Both the position numbers and the translations under genes were made by a program. This document shows, one piece after another, positions 20,827-29,234 of a DNA stretch of 64,000 bases; position 1 is the stretch's first letter; every line of letters begins with the position of its first letter. A model generated the notes under the pieces. That model saw nothing but the letters and a program-made list of their open reading frames with translations, was not told where the DNA came from and did no database searches. Source of the stretch: Desulfomonilia bacterium (GTDB lineage Bacteria; Desulfobacterota; Desulfomonilia; UBA1062). Location of the stretch: the NCBI GenBank assembly GCA_963664325.2, contig CAXXDQ010000002.1, positions 239,250-303,249 of the forward strand, read 5' to 3'.

Positions 20827-21969
20827 ATGTCAGGCAAAGTAGGGATCGTGGATGTTGCCATGACAGCAGGCGCACCAAGCCCTGATAACTTTCTAGACCA
20901 GGTATTCAGGGTCTGCAGGGAAGTTCTCGACAAGGCAGGGTTGAGCCGTGACGAGCTTGGTACTGTCATAAGCTGTTCATCGGACGTTTTCCATTCGGGT
21001 ATGAGCTGCGCAAACGCCTATTACTGGGATGCGGGAGCCGCCTTGCTCAAAAACGGCAGCCGCCAGGACGGGGAGAGCCTGTTTGCACTGGCTTATGCCG
21101 CAATGCGCATAATGAGCGGCAATTATGAAACAGCGTTGCTTCTGGCTGTATGCAAGGGTTCTGAAAATCCGGAAAATGATGTGATCACACATTTTTACAC
21201 GGACCCTTTCTACCTGAGACAGCTGGGTCTGAATGAAACGATAGCCGCTGCGCTTCAGAAGCGCGAATATATGGAGCGGGCCGGGATTACACAGGAACAA
21301 TGCGCTAAAGTGGTTGTCAAGAACCTGGGCAACGCCCTGGGCAATCCATATGCTCATGTGAAAAAAAGAATAGGCGTTGACGACGTGCTCGCATCCGATA
21401 TGGTCATGGACCCGATTCATGCACTCGAAGTAGGTCCCAAGTCCGAAGGCATGATTGCGATCCTCCTGGCCAATGAGAAGAAGGCGAAAAAGCTTGCCGC
21501 CAGACCTGTGTGGCTCAAGGGCTATGGTTCGTCCCTGGACAGCTTTTACCCTGGCGACAGGGACCTGTTGAAAGGCCAGCTGCCCAATGCCGCAAAGCGG
21601 GCCTATGATATGGCCGGCATCAGAAACCCAAGAAAGGAGATAGACTGCTTCGAAATAACCGAGCCCTATGCCTTCCAGGAGCTTCTCTGGTGTGAAGACC
21701 TTGGCCTGTGCGGCAAAGGTGAAGGCGGAAAGCTGATAGACAGGGGTGCCACTTCGATGAAAGGCGGAATGCCCGTCAATCCATCGGGTGGGGCTCTGGC
21801 CATGAATCCCTATGTTTCGCGCGGGCTGTACCGGCTGGCCGAATGCGTCCTGCAGATCAGAGGGCAGGCGGGCGAACACCAGCTGGGCCGCGAGGTCAAA
21901 ACAGCGCTGGCTCACGGCACGCACGGATTTGCCGGACAGTGCCATGCTGTTGCAGTAGTGGGCATATAG
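20827..21969 (+). CDS. Thiolase-fold protein, Ltp4-like (second paralog)
   Basis: Paralog of 11905-13047 (DPFY.R.LGL, LDSFYPGDRDL, VNPSGG); nucleophile region GSRQDGES has no Cys; AAGGAGG SD. Confidence 0.85.
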   Translation: MSGKVGIVDVAMTAGAPSPDNFLDQVFRVCREVLDKAGLSRDELGTVISCSSDVFHSGMSCANAYYWDAGAALLKNGSRQDGESLFALAYAAMRIMSGNYETALLLAVCKGSENPENDVITHFYTDPFYLRQLGLNETIAAALQKREYMERAGITQEQCAKVVVKNLGNALGNPYAHVKKRIGVDDVLASDMVMDPIHALEVGPKSEGMIAILLANEKKAKKLAARPVWLKGYGSSLDSFYPGDRDLLKGQLPNAAKRAYDMAGIRNPRKEIDCFEITEPYAFQELLWCEDLGLCGKGEGGKLIDRGATSMKGGMPVNPSGGALAMNPYVSRGLYRLAECVLQIRGQAGEHQLGREVKTALAHGTHGFAGQCHAVAVVGI

Positions 21970-21978
21970 GAGGCGGCT

Positions 21979-23145
21979 ATGGGAAGACCAGTTGCAATTA
22001 TCGGATCCGGACAGACAAACCATGGCAAGCGCTTCGACGTGAACTATCCCGAACTTGTCAACGAAGCGGTCGAGGCCCTGATGGCAAATACGGGCATAAA
22101 CCTGAAAGACATCGACGGCGTTGTCTTCGGCACCATGCCCTCCATGATGGAAGGGGTGGCGCTGACTCATTTTTATTTTGCCGATGTGCTCCGTGCAGTC
22201 GGCAAGCCGATTTTGAAGACAGAGACATGCGGCTCAACCGGCATATCGATAGCCATCACAGGCTATTACTGGATAACGTCCGGCATGGCCGACCTGGTGC
22301 TGGTCATAGGTTCTGAGAAAATGAACGAAGGCGATTCTCAGGCCACCATGACCACCATACTTGACCCGTTTTATCAGAAGTACTTCATCTCGGGCGCGCC
22401 GGGCATTTTCTCCATGCAGTCGCAGGAATGGTCGAAACGTTTCGGAATACCCGAAGAGAAAGTCAGGGCCGCTGCGACGCGCATATCGATCGACCATCAC
22501 AACGACGCGTTCGACAACCCGCATGCGCATATCAAGCAGCACCTTACAGAAGAGCAGGTGAACAATGCGCGCATCATAACATATCCCGTCAGGCTGTGGG
22601 ATGTATGCCCCACCTCTGACGGGGCCTGCGCGATGCTTATGGCATCGGAGAAAATGGTGCGCAAGCTGGGGAAAAAAGCCGCGTGGGTGAAAGGCGTGGG
22701 CTACAGCGGCGAAGAGTACTGGTTCGGCGATTCGGACAAGGTCATATGGCAGTCGGCCATTCAGGCTGCAAAACAGGCCTATGACATGGCAGGCATCAAA
22801 AACCCGCGCAAGGAGCTCGATGTTGCGGAGGTATATAACCCGTTCACCTTCCAGGAGATGCTTTACTACGAGTGCTTCGGCTTCTGCGATTTCGGCACCG
22901 CCTGCGACCACACCCTCAAGGGCGTATTTTCCAGAGAGGGCGAACTGCCCTGCGACCCGTCCGGCGGTACGCTCTGCACTAACCCGATCGGCGCGACAGG
23001 CCTTAACCGTGTTGCCGAGGCAGCACTGCAGGTGACCAACCAGGCGGGAGCGCATCAGATACCCAAGGCTAAAACAGCGCTGGCCCATGCAATGGGCGGC
23101 GTCGATCAGTACAACGGCGTCATGATCTTAAGCTCGGTGAAATAG
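21979..23145 (+). CDS. Thiolase-fold protein, Ltp3-like (second paralog)
   Basis: VAIIGSGQT, TETCGSTG, CPTSDGAC, AEVYNPF, PSGGTLCTNPIGATG. Confidence 0.87.
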   Translation: MGRPVAIIGSGQTNHGKRFDVNYPELVNEAVEALMANTGINLKDIDGVVFGTMPSMMEGVALTHFYFADVLRAVGKPILKTETCGSTGISIAITGYYWITSGMADLVLVIGSEKMNEGDSQATMTTILDPFYQKYFISGAPGIFSMQSQEWSKRFGIPEEKVRAAATRISIDHHNDAFDNPHAHIKQHLTEEQVNNARIITYPVRLWDVCPTSDGACAMLMASEKMVRKLGKKAAWVKGVGYSGEEYWFGDSDKVIWQSAIQAAKQAYDMAGIKNPRKELDVAEVYNPFTFQEMLYYECFGFCDFGTACDHTLKGVFSREGELPCDPSGGTLCTNPIGATGLNRVAEAALQVTNQAGAHQIPKAKTALAHAMGGVDQYNGVMILSSVK

Positions 23146-23156
23146 GGGGAGATGCC

Positions 23157-23609
23157 ATGAAAGAATTCAAGACGATTACAAATACGATCAAGCTGCCCCA
23201 CAAATACGGGGCAGGTCCTGTCATAACGAGGTTCTATGACGGGTTGAGGCAGGGCAAGATCCTGGCCAACGTATGCCCGAAATGCAAACGCGCTTATGTC
23301 CCGGCCCGTTCGATATGTCCCGAATGTCTTGTTAAAATGGACAAATGGGTCGAGCTCTCAGGAACGGGCGAGGTCGTTTCCTGGGCCTATACCGATAAAG
23401 CTTTTTTCGGCTCACCGTGCGAACCGCCTTTTGTGACCGCACTTATAAGGCTTGCGGGAACCGACTGCAATTTCCTGCATCTTATCGGCGGCGCGGATTT
23501 GAAGACGCTGGCTAAAAAGCTCAGGAAAGGCCTCAAGGTCAAGGCCGTTTTCAGTGATGAGAAAAAGGGCCATATGCTCGACATCAAATACTTCGAGCCG
23601 GTGCGTTAG
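23157..23609 (+). CDS. DUF35 Zn-ribbon/OB-fold protein
   Basis: CPKC...CPEC, GLKVKAVF. Confidence 0.88.
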   Translation: MKEFKTITNTIKLPHKYGAGPVITRFYDGLRQGKILANVCPKCKRAYVPARSICPECLVKMDKWVELSGTGEVVSWAYTDKAFFGSPCEPPFVTALIRLAGTDCNFLHLIGGADLKTLAKKLRKGLKVKAVFSDEKKGHMLDIKYFEPVR

Positions 23610-23616
23610 GGGGTGC

Positions 23617-24099
23617 ATGATGGCGGATCAGATAAATAAAGAATGTGATGTTATAACCGACGAAATAAAGGTGGACTATGAGATTGCCTATGGCCCGACA
23701 TGGCTGAAATTTCTGGACGGGATGAAGGAAGAGAAAATCATCGGCAGCAGATGTCCCAAATGCAGCAGAATACTTGTTCCTGCGCGCTCCTACTGCCCCC
23801 GCTGCTATGATGAAGTGCACAGCTTTGTCGAGGTTTCCCAGGTCGGCTCGATCGTTTCATGGGCCCTGACCGAATACGAATATTTCGGCATGCCGACCAA
23901 ACCGCCTTTCATAGGCGCCCTGATCAGGCTCGACGGAACCGACTCCAATTTCCTGCACCTGATCGGCGGGATAGACCTGTCGGACTCGGAACTGGTGCGC
24001 AGGACGGTCAAAAACGGCATGAAGGTCAAGGCGGTCTGGAACGTGGATAAAAAAGGCCATATCCTGGATATAAAGTACTTCACTCCTGTGAAGGAATAG
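23617..24099 (+). CDS. DUF35 Zn-ribbon/OB-fold protein (close paralog of the upstream gene)
   Basis: CPKC...CPRC; ALIRL.GTD.NFLHLIGG shared with 23157-23609; start is 23617 or 23620. Confidence 0.88.
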   Translation: MMADQINKECDVITDEIKVDYEIAYGPTWLKFLDGMKEEKIIGSRCPKCSRILVPARSYCPRCYDEVHSFVEVSQVGSIVSWALTEYEYFGMPTKPPFIGALIRLDGTDSNFLHLIGGIDLSDSELVRRTVKNGMKVKAVWNVDKKGHILDIKYFTPVKE

Positions 24100-24106
24100 A
24101 AAAACA

Positions 24107-24198
24107 GCTGATGGGTTCATGAGCTGATTAGATGATAAGCAGAATCAAATGCTTCAAGGGTTTGCTTAACAGCTCAACAACTTAATAGCTTAACAGCC
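24107..24198. repeat. Inverted array of 8-mer tandem repeats (element D, same family as A)
   Basis: GCTGATGG|GTTCATGA|GCTGATTA|GATGATAA|GCAGAA...GCTTAACA|GCTCAACA|ACTTAATA|GCTTAACA|GC. Confidence 0.78.
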
Positions 24199-24215
24199 AA
24201 TAGGGGAGGAAATAT

Positions 24216-25364
24216 ATGGATTTTACATTGACAGACGAGCAGAGGATGTTTCGCGAGACGGTCTATCAGTATGCAAAGAAGGAAATTGCACCCCTTTGCG
24301 AAGAGGCTGATCTCAAGGGTGATTTCAGCTTCGAGGTGTGGAAGAAGCTCGGCGACATGGGGCTTCTGGGCCTGCCATTTCCGGAGGAACTCGGCGGTTC
24401 GGGAGCGGATATCGTTTCATGCTGTCTCTCGGGCGAGGCGCTAGCGCACGCAGGGGTCGACGGCGGGCATCTGCTGGCGCTCGGCGCGCATACGTATCTC
24501 TGCGCTGCGACGCTTTATCATTTCGGGACTGAAGAGCAGAAAAAGAAATACATACCCAAGCTGGCTACCGGTGAGTGGATCGGGTGCATGGGCCTGACCG
24601 AACCGGGTGCCGGATCCGACGCCGCAAGCATGAGGACCACGGCGGTCAAAAAGGGCGACAAGTATATCCTGAACGGGTCCAAGACCTTCATTACCAATGC
24701 GCCGGTTGCACAGGTCATGGTGGTCTATGCCTCGCTTGACAAGGCGAGGAAACACGAGGGGATAACGGCGTTTATCGTTGAAAAGGATTACAAGGGATTC
24801 TCGACAGGCCAGCCGTTCCACAAGATGGGCTGCAAGTGCTCGACCACCTGCGAGGTCTTTTTTGAAGACTGCGAGGTCCCGCTGGAAAACTGCCTGGGCG
24901 GCGAGTTCAAGGGATGGAACATGGCGCTCAGCTCGGTCGAGTGGGACCGCTGCACGCTGCTTGCCCCGTTCCTCGGCACAGGTTATTTTGCCCTTGATGC
25001 CTGCGCGAAGTATGCGAACGACAGGGTTCAGTTCAAGAAGCCCATAAGGGAGTTCCAGGCCGTACAGAACAGGATAGCCAATATCAAGATATTCAACGAG
25101 GCGGCGAAGCTTGCTATCTACCGTGTCGCTTCGTCGAAGGACAACGGGCAGATGCTCAACCCGCTGCTTGCAGCGATAAACAAGATGTATGTGGGCGACC
25201 TGGGCTGCGAAATGGCGACCGATGCGGTCATGGTGCACGGGGGATACGGATTCATGCATGAATACCCGGTCGAGAGGAATTACCGCGATGCAAGGCTCGG
25301 CACAATCGGCGGCGGGACTTCGGACATCATGCGCATGATAGTTTCACGCATCATGCTCATGTAG
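24216..25364 (+). CDS. Acyl-CoA dehydrogenase (IVD-like type)
   Basis: GLTEPGAGSD, NGSKTFITN, RVQF..PI..FQ, HGGYG, TIGGGTSDI. Confidence 0.92.
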   Translation: MDFTLTDEQRMFRETVYQYAKKEIAPLCEEADLKGDFSFEVWKKLGDMGLLGLPFPEELGGSGADIVSCCLSGEALAHAGVDGGHLLALGAHTYLCAATLYHFGTEEQKKKYIPKLATGEWIGCMGLTEPGAGSDAASMRTTAVKKGDKYILNGSKTFITNAPVAQVMVVYASLDKARKHEGITAFIVEKDYKGFSTGQPFHKMGCKCSTTCEVFFEDCEVPLENCLGGEFKGWNMALSSVEWDRCTLLAPFLGTGYFALDACAKYANDRVQFKKPIREFQAVQNRIANIKIFNEAAKLAIYRVASSKDNGQMLNPLLAAINKMYVGDLGCEMATDAVMVHGGYGFMHEYPVERNYRDARLGTIGGGTSDIMRMIVSRIMLM

Positions 25365-25376
25365 GGAGGTAGTAAG

Positions 25377-26531
25377 ATGATAGACTATGAACTCAAAGAA
25401 CAGGAAGCGCTAATCAAGCTGAAGGCCCTTGATGTTGCGACAAAGGCCGTTGCGCCTGTTGCCGCAAAGCTCGATTCAGCCGCAAAGGCCGAGGCGGCGG
25501 CATTGATGAAGGATAACCTCAAGAAACTCGCACAGGAGGAGCTCCTTGCCCCCGGCGTGAGCGAAAGCGGGATCGACCTTATAACGCATTTCGTTGTCGG
25601 TGAAGAGATAGCAAAGGCCTGCGCTTCCACATGGCTGAGCGCACGCGCGACAGGATTCCACTGTGCAGGGGCGATAGCTCTTTTCGGCACGGCTGAGCAG
25701 AAAGCGAAATACCTGAATGCCCTTGTCAGGGGCGAAATCACGGGCGCAGCGGCTTATACCGAAGACGGAGCCGGAAGCGATCTTGGTTCATGCGGGGCGA
25801 CAGCCGTTAAGGACGGCAGCGTCTGGAAACTGAGCGGTGAAAAGAACCTGGTCATAAACGCGCCTATTGCCGACATCATCCTGGTTCTTGCCTGGACGGA
25901 TACGGCTGCTGGCGCGGCGTCCCTTTTTGTTGTTGAAAAAGGCGCCAAAGGACTGACAATCGGAGCGGGTGTTGAAACGCTCGGCATATGCGGATGCCCG
26001 GTCGCCCCGATAAAACTTGACGGCTGTGCGGCGGCAGGTGTTCTCGGTGGAGATGCGGGAAAGGGGATCGCCCAGGTCACGAAAATACTTGAAATGGGAA
26101 GGATAGGCGTGGTCGCCTTGAGCGTTGGAATCGGTACCGCCTGCATGGAAAAATCAACAGCCCGTGCCAAATCCCGCAAGGCTTTCGGAAAGCCGATCGG
26201 CGCCTATCAGGAAGTGGGCTTCAAACTGGCCGACATGTTCACGTTCAACGACCTTGGCCGCGCGTTAGGTCTGCGCGCCGCCTGGGCTTTCAACAACAGG
26301 GAAAACGAGGCGGAAATACTCGCTGCGTGCGCCAAGGTGTTTGCAGGAGAGGCGGTCACAAAGATCGCAAACTGGGCCACCCAGGTTTTTTCAGGCCACG
26401 GCTATGTAAAGGGTTCCGAGATCGAAAGGCTCTACCGCGACGCACGCTTCTGTGAATTCTGTGAAGGCACATCTGAAGTCCTGCGCACGGTCATAGCAAA
26501 AAACGAACTGGATAAATTTAAAGGGGTGTAA
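25377..26531 (+). CDS. Acyl-CoA dehydrogenase (divergent partner subunit)
   Basis: YTEDGAGSD, RKAFGKPIGAYQ, SGHGY, RDAR...CEGTSE. Confidence 0.88.
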   Translation: MIDYELKEQEALIKLKALDVATKAVAPVAAKLDSAAKAEAAALMKDNLKKLAQEELLAPGVSESGIDLITHFVVGEEIAKACASTWLSARATGFHCAGAIALFGTAEQKAKYLNALVRGEITGAAAYTEDGAGSDLGSCGATAVKDGSVWKLSGEKNLVINAPIADIILVLAWTDTAAGAASLFVVEKGAKGLTIGAGVETLGICGCPVAPIKLDGCAAAGVLGGDAGKGIAQVTKILEMGRIGVVALSVGIGTACMEKSTARAKSRKAFGKPIGAYQEVGFKLADMFTFNDLGRALGLRAAWAFNNRENEAEILAACAKVFAGEAVTKIANWATQVFSGHGYVKGSEIERLYRDARFCEFCEGTSEVLRTVIAKNELDKFKGV

Positions 26532-26536
26532 AAGAT

Positions 26537-26621
26537 AGGAGACAGGATACAGGAGTAAGAAGACAGAATAAAAGCGGTTCTGATTTTCTACTGACTCCTG
26601 GCTCCTGTCTACTGAATACTT
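26537..26621. repeat. Inverted array of 7-mer tandem repeats (element E, same family as C)
   Basis: AGGAGAC|AGGATAC|AGGAGTA|AGAAGAC|AGAA...TTCTA|CTGACTC|CTGGCTC|CTGTCTA|CTGAATA|CT. Confidence 0.8.
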
Positions 26622-26647
26622 AATTATTACTTTAGGGAGGGAAGAGG

Positions 26648-27091
26648 ATGTCGTTTGATGCAAAGTTTGTCGGCCGGAAATACGGGCCCATGACCTACGA
26701 GGTGGGCAAGGAAAAGGCAAAGGAATATGCTCGCGCGATAAAGAGCAGCGACCCGCATTATCTTGATGAGGATTTTGCAAAGGGCACCAGATACGGCGGC
26801 CTGATCGTGCCTCCGACCTTTGCGGTCGTTTATTCGGGTCTTCTGTGCGGTCCTTTCTTTCTGGACCCTGAGCTGAAGATCGACTTCGCCATGCTGGTTC
26901 ACGGCGAACAGGCCTTTGAATTTTTCGAGGTGGTCAGGCCCGGCGACGTGATAACGTCCTGGGGTACGATTTCAAAAGTGGACAACAAGGAAAAGCTCGA
27001 TGTGGTATCCTTCGAGGTGCTGGCAAAGAACCAGAACGGCAAGGACGTCTGCAAGGCGACCTATACGTTCGTGATAAGGAAAAGGGGGTAG
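26648..27091 (+). CDS. MaoC/hotdog dehydratase N-terminal-type subunit
   Basis: EYARAI...DPHY, GGLIVPPTF, LVHGEQAFEF. Confidence 0.85.
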   Translation: MSFDAKFVGRKYGPMTYEVGKEKAKEYARAIKSSDPHYLDEDFAKGTRYGGLIVPPTFAVVYSGLLCGPFFLDPELKIDFAMLVHGEQAFEFFEVVRPGDVITSWGTISKVDNKEKLDVVSFEVLAKNQNGKDVCKATYTFVIRKRG

Positions 27092-27094
27092 GTC

Positions 27095-27493
27095 ATGGCT
27101 GTCGACATTAAGAATCTCAAGGCTGGAGATACCTTCACTGCGAAGGAGGAAGTGGACAGGTACCGGGCGATCCTTTATGCAGGCGCATCAGGCGACTTCA
27201 ACCCCATCCATATCGACCCCGAATTCGGGCAGATGGTGGGTCTTGGCGGCGTGATACTTCACGGGCTCTGCACGCTGGCCTTTACGGCTAACGCCATAAC
27301 GAATTTCACAGGCGACCCTGGCATGCTGAAAAAATACAGGTGCCGCTTTGCAAAACCGGTACACCTGGCGGATGTTATAACGACTGAGGCAACCGTAACG
27401 GCCGTACAGAATAATACGGCGAGTCTGTCTTTGAAGGTTACGAATCAGGAAGGTGTTGAAGTACTGACTATGATTGAAGCCGAGCTTGGATAG
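27095..27493 (+). CDS. MaoC family (R)-specific enoyl-CoA hydratase, catalytic subunit
   Basis: Hydratase-2 motif YAGASGDFNPIHID, ILHGL. Confidence 0.9.
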   Translation: MAVDIKNLKAGDTFTAKEEVDRYRAILYAGASGDFNPIHIDPEFGQMVGLGGVILHGLCTLAFTANAITNFTGDPGMLKKYRCRFAKPVHLADVITTEATVTAVQNNTASLSLKVTNQEGVEVLTMIEAELG

Positions 27494-27497
27494 CAGC

Positions 27498-27618
27498 ACA
27501 GCGCGTGATAACTTCGCATACCTTTGTCGCTCCTTGCGGAAACGTTGCGGCGTACGTCTAAGTACGCCTCACATTTCCGCTTCGTCGCTCCTCGGTCTAC
27601 ATTGTTCTGACGCGCTGT
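27498..27618. repeat. REP-like nested palindromic element
   Basis: Outer arms ACAGCGCGT / ACGCGCTGT; inner hairpin GCGGAAA..GGCGTAC-GTCTAA-GTACGCC..TTTCCGC; GTCGCTCCT occurs twice. Confidence 0.65.
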
Positions 27619-27874
27619 ATTTCTAAAAAGGATAAGTTTCGTTTTCTCCTGGCCTCCTAGAAATTGGCTTCGTGTTTCGCTCCTCAAGCCGAAGGCGAAG
27701 AGACATCATCTTTAATGCGAACAGGAACATAAAATAAAGTGAGGCATACATCTTGTACGCCTCACGTTTTTTCTGATAACAAACATTTTTACTTTGGGAA
27801 TTCCGGTAGTGGGTCAGTTTGGAATAGTTCAACTTTACTTGACGTATTTTTATATTCATGCATAAACATAAATG

Positions 27875-28579
27875 ATGGATTGGCAATTCCTAATTGGGCT
27901 TGGAATCACTGTTATTTTTACATTTTTGCAATTTGTGGTGAAAAATATGCCTAATTGGATATCTTGGCCTTGTATAAGCATTGGTATCTTATTGATAATT
28001 TGGGGCGTACCAATTATTCATAGGAATATACAAACTGGCCCATTTATTCTTTTCATAGTATGTTTTGCTGTACTGGTCGGACGCGTTGCTTGGTATTTTG
28101 ATAGAAAGCTAAACATTAATCAACAGCAGCTAGAACCGACTAAACCTATAACACAGAATATTATTATCCAACCTCCAGGCGCAGGAAATCTAAAACAACG
28201 TGCCAATGAGCTATCAAAAGAAATCCTTATAGACCTCTATGAGCATGGTTGGCCGTTGATGACTGCGCCGTCTAATCGTCCTAGACTTCAAGATGGAATG
28301 CCCAAAGACCCAAATGAAAGCCCCAAATGGGCAGAAAGGAGAACTAGAGCTTTTATGTTTTGTTATTTTAATAAGGTTATTATTATTCGGGATGAATTTG
28401 CTATGCTACATATTAGGGAGCAACGACTAGATGATACTATCAAGTATCTTAATATGGCCGTGGGTACTAATAAACAGCTTGCCAAAATAAATATAGAAAA
28501 TACACATAAAATTATAATGACACCACAAGAAATCGAAACTGTTGCTGAACTACTTAAAAGCATGGCAGCAAAATTATAA
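27875..28579 (+). CDS. Hypothetical membrane protein in an AT-rich segment
   Basis: 234-235 aa ORF with about three N-terminal hydrophobic helices; visibly lower GC than its neighbours. Confidence 0.65.
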   Translation: MDWQFLIGLGITVIFTFLQFVVKNMPNWISWPCISIGILLIIWGVPIIHRNIQTGPFILFIVCFAVLVGRVAWYFDRKLNINQQQLEPTKPITQNIIIQPPGAGNLKQRANELSKEILIDLYEHGWPLMTAPSNRPRLQDGMPKDPNESPKWAERRTRAFMFCYFNKVIIIRDEFAMLHIREQRLDDTIKYLNMAVGTNKQLAKINIENTHKIIMTPQEIETVAELLKSMAAKL

Positions 28580-28796
28580 AATCAACAGTTTTTCTATAGA
28601 CCAAACAAAAACCTAACGTGTCATACCTTTATTCTTGCAATTTTAAATCTTGTCCGCGCATTTAATAAATGATGTTGACTGATTTGACTTACGGTTTGCT
28701 CTTGTTGCTGATCTGTGATCTTGTCAGTGTACTAAAGATGATTTTTCTTAAGGTTCAAGGATATGCGGAATACAACTGAAATTCATCGGACTGATA

Positions 28797-29234
28797 TTAT
28801 TCAAGGGCTTCAATATCTGCCAGGTCCTGAAGACGGCCGCTGGCTTTTTTGTTAATTTTAAGGCTTTCTATATCGATGAAGTTTACCGTGACGCCGTCTA
28901 TTTCGGTTTCAATGCGCTTCTCATAACAATCATTAAATTCAACTCCGGAGACCGAACAGAGTATGTCGATTCTATTGGGCGGATTACCCAGCTGAATAGT
29001 GTGGCCTTCGACAAGGAAGTCATTTTCAGTTAGCCCGAGCGAACCGAAACCGAACTGATCCAGCGCCTTGATAATGGAAGCTGCATTTTCAGGCGACAGG
29101 GCGATCCATATGTCGATATCTTTTGTGTAACGGGGGTGTCCATGGACTGCAAGCGCATAGCCGCCTACGACAAGATACCTGACCCCGTTACTTTTTAATA
29201 ATTGTATAAACTCTTTGAAATCCCTGTTCAGCAC
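28797..29234 (-). CDS. Minimal nucleotidyltransferase (DUF6036-like)
   Basis: YLVVGGYALAVHGHPRYTKDIDIW (GG...DxD motif), KKASGRLQDLADIEAL. Confidence 0.82.
   Translation of the reverse strand: MLNRDFKEFIQLLKSNGVRYLVVGGYALAVHGHPRYTKDIDIWIALSPENAASIIKALDQFGFGSLGLTENDFLVEGHTIQLGNPPNRIDILCSVSGVEFNDCYEKRIETEIDGVTVNFIDIESLKINKKASGRLQDLADIEALE

Noticed and set aside
20977-22170. Long antisense ORFs (397 aa here; also 18870-19724, 22234-23088, 24441-25259, 35735-36430, 57765-58466)
   Set aside because: Shadows of well-supported genes on the opposite strand, expected from codon bias; no motifs.
16868-26647. Intergenic repeat arrays as CRISPR arrays
   Set aside because: Units are 7-8 bp, contiguous and inverted; there are no 23-47 bp repeats with unique spacers and no cas genes.
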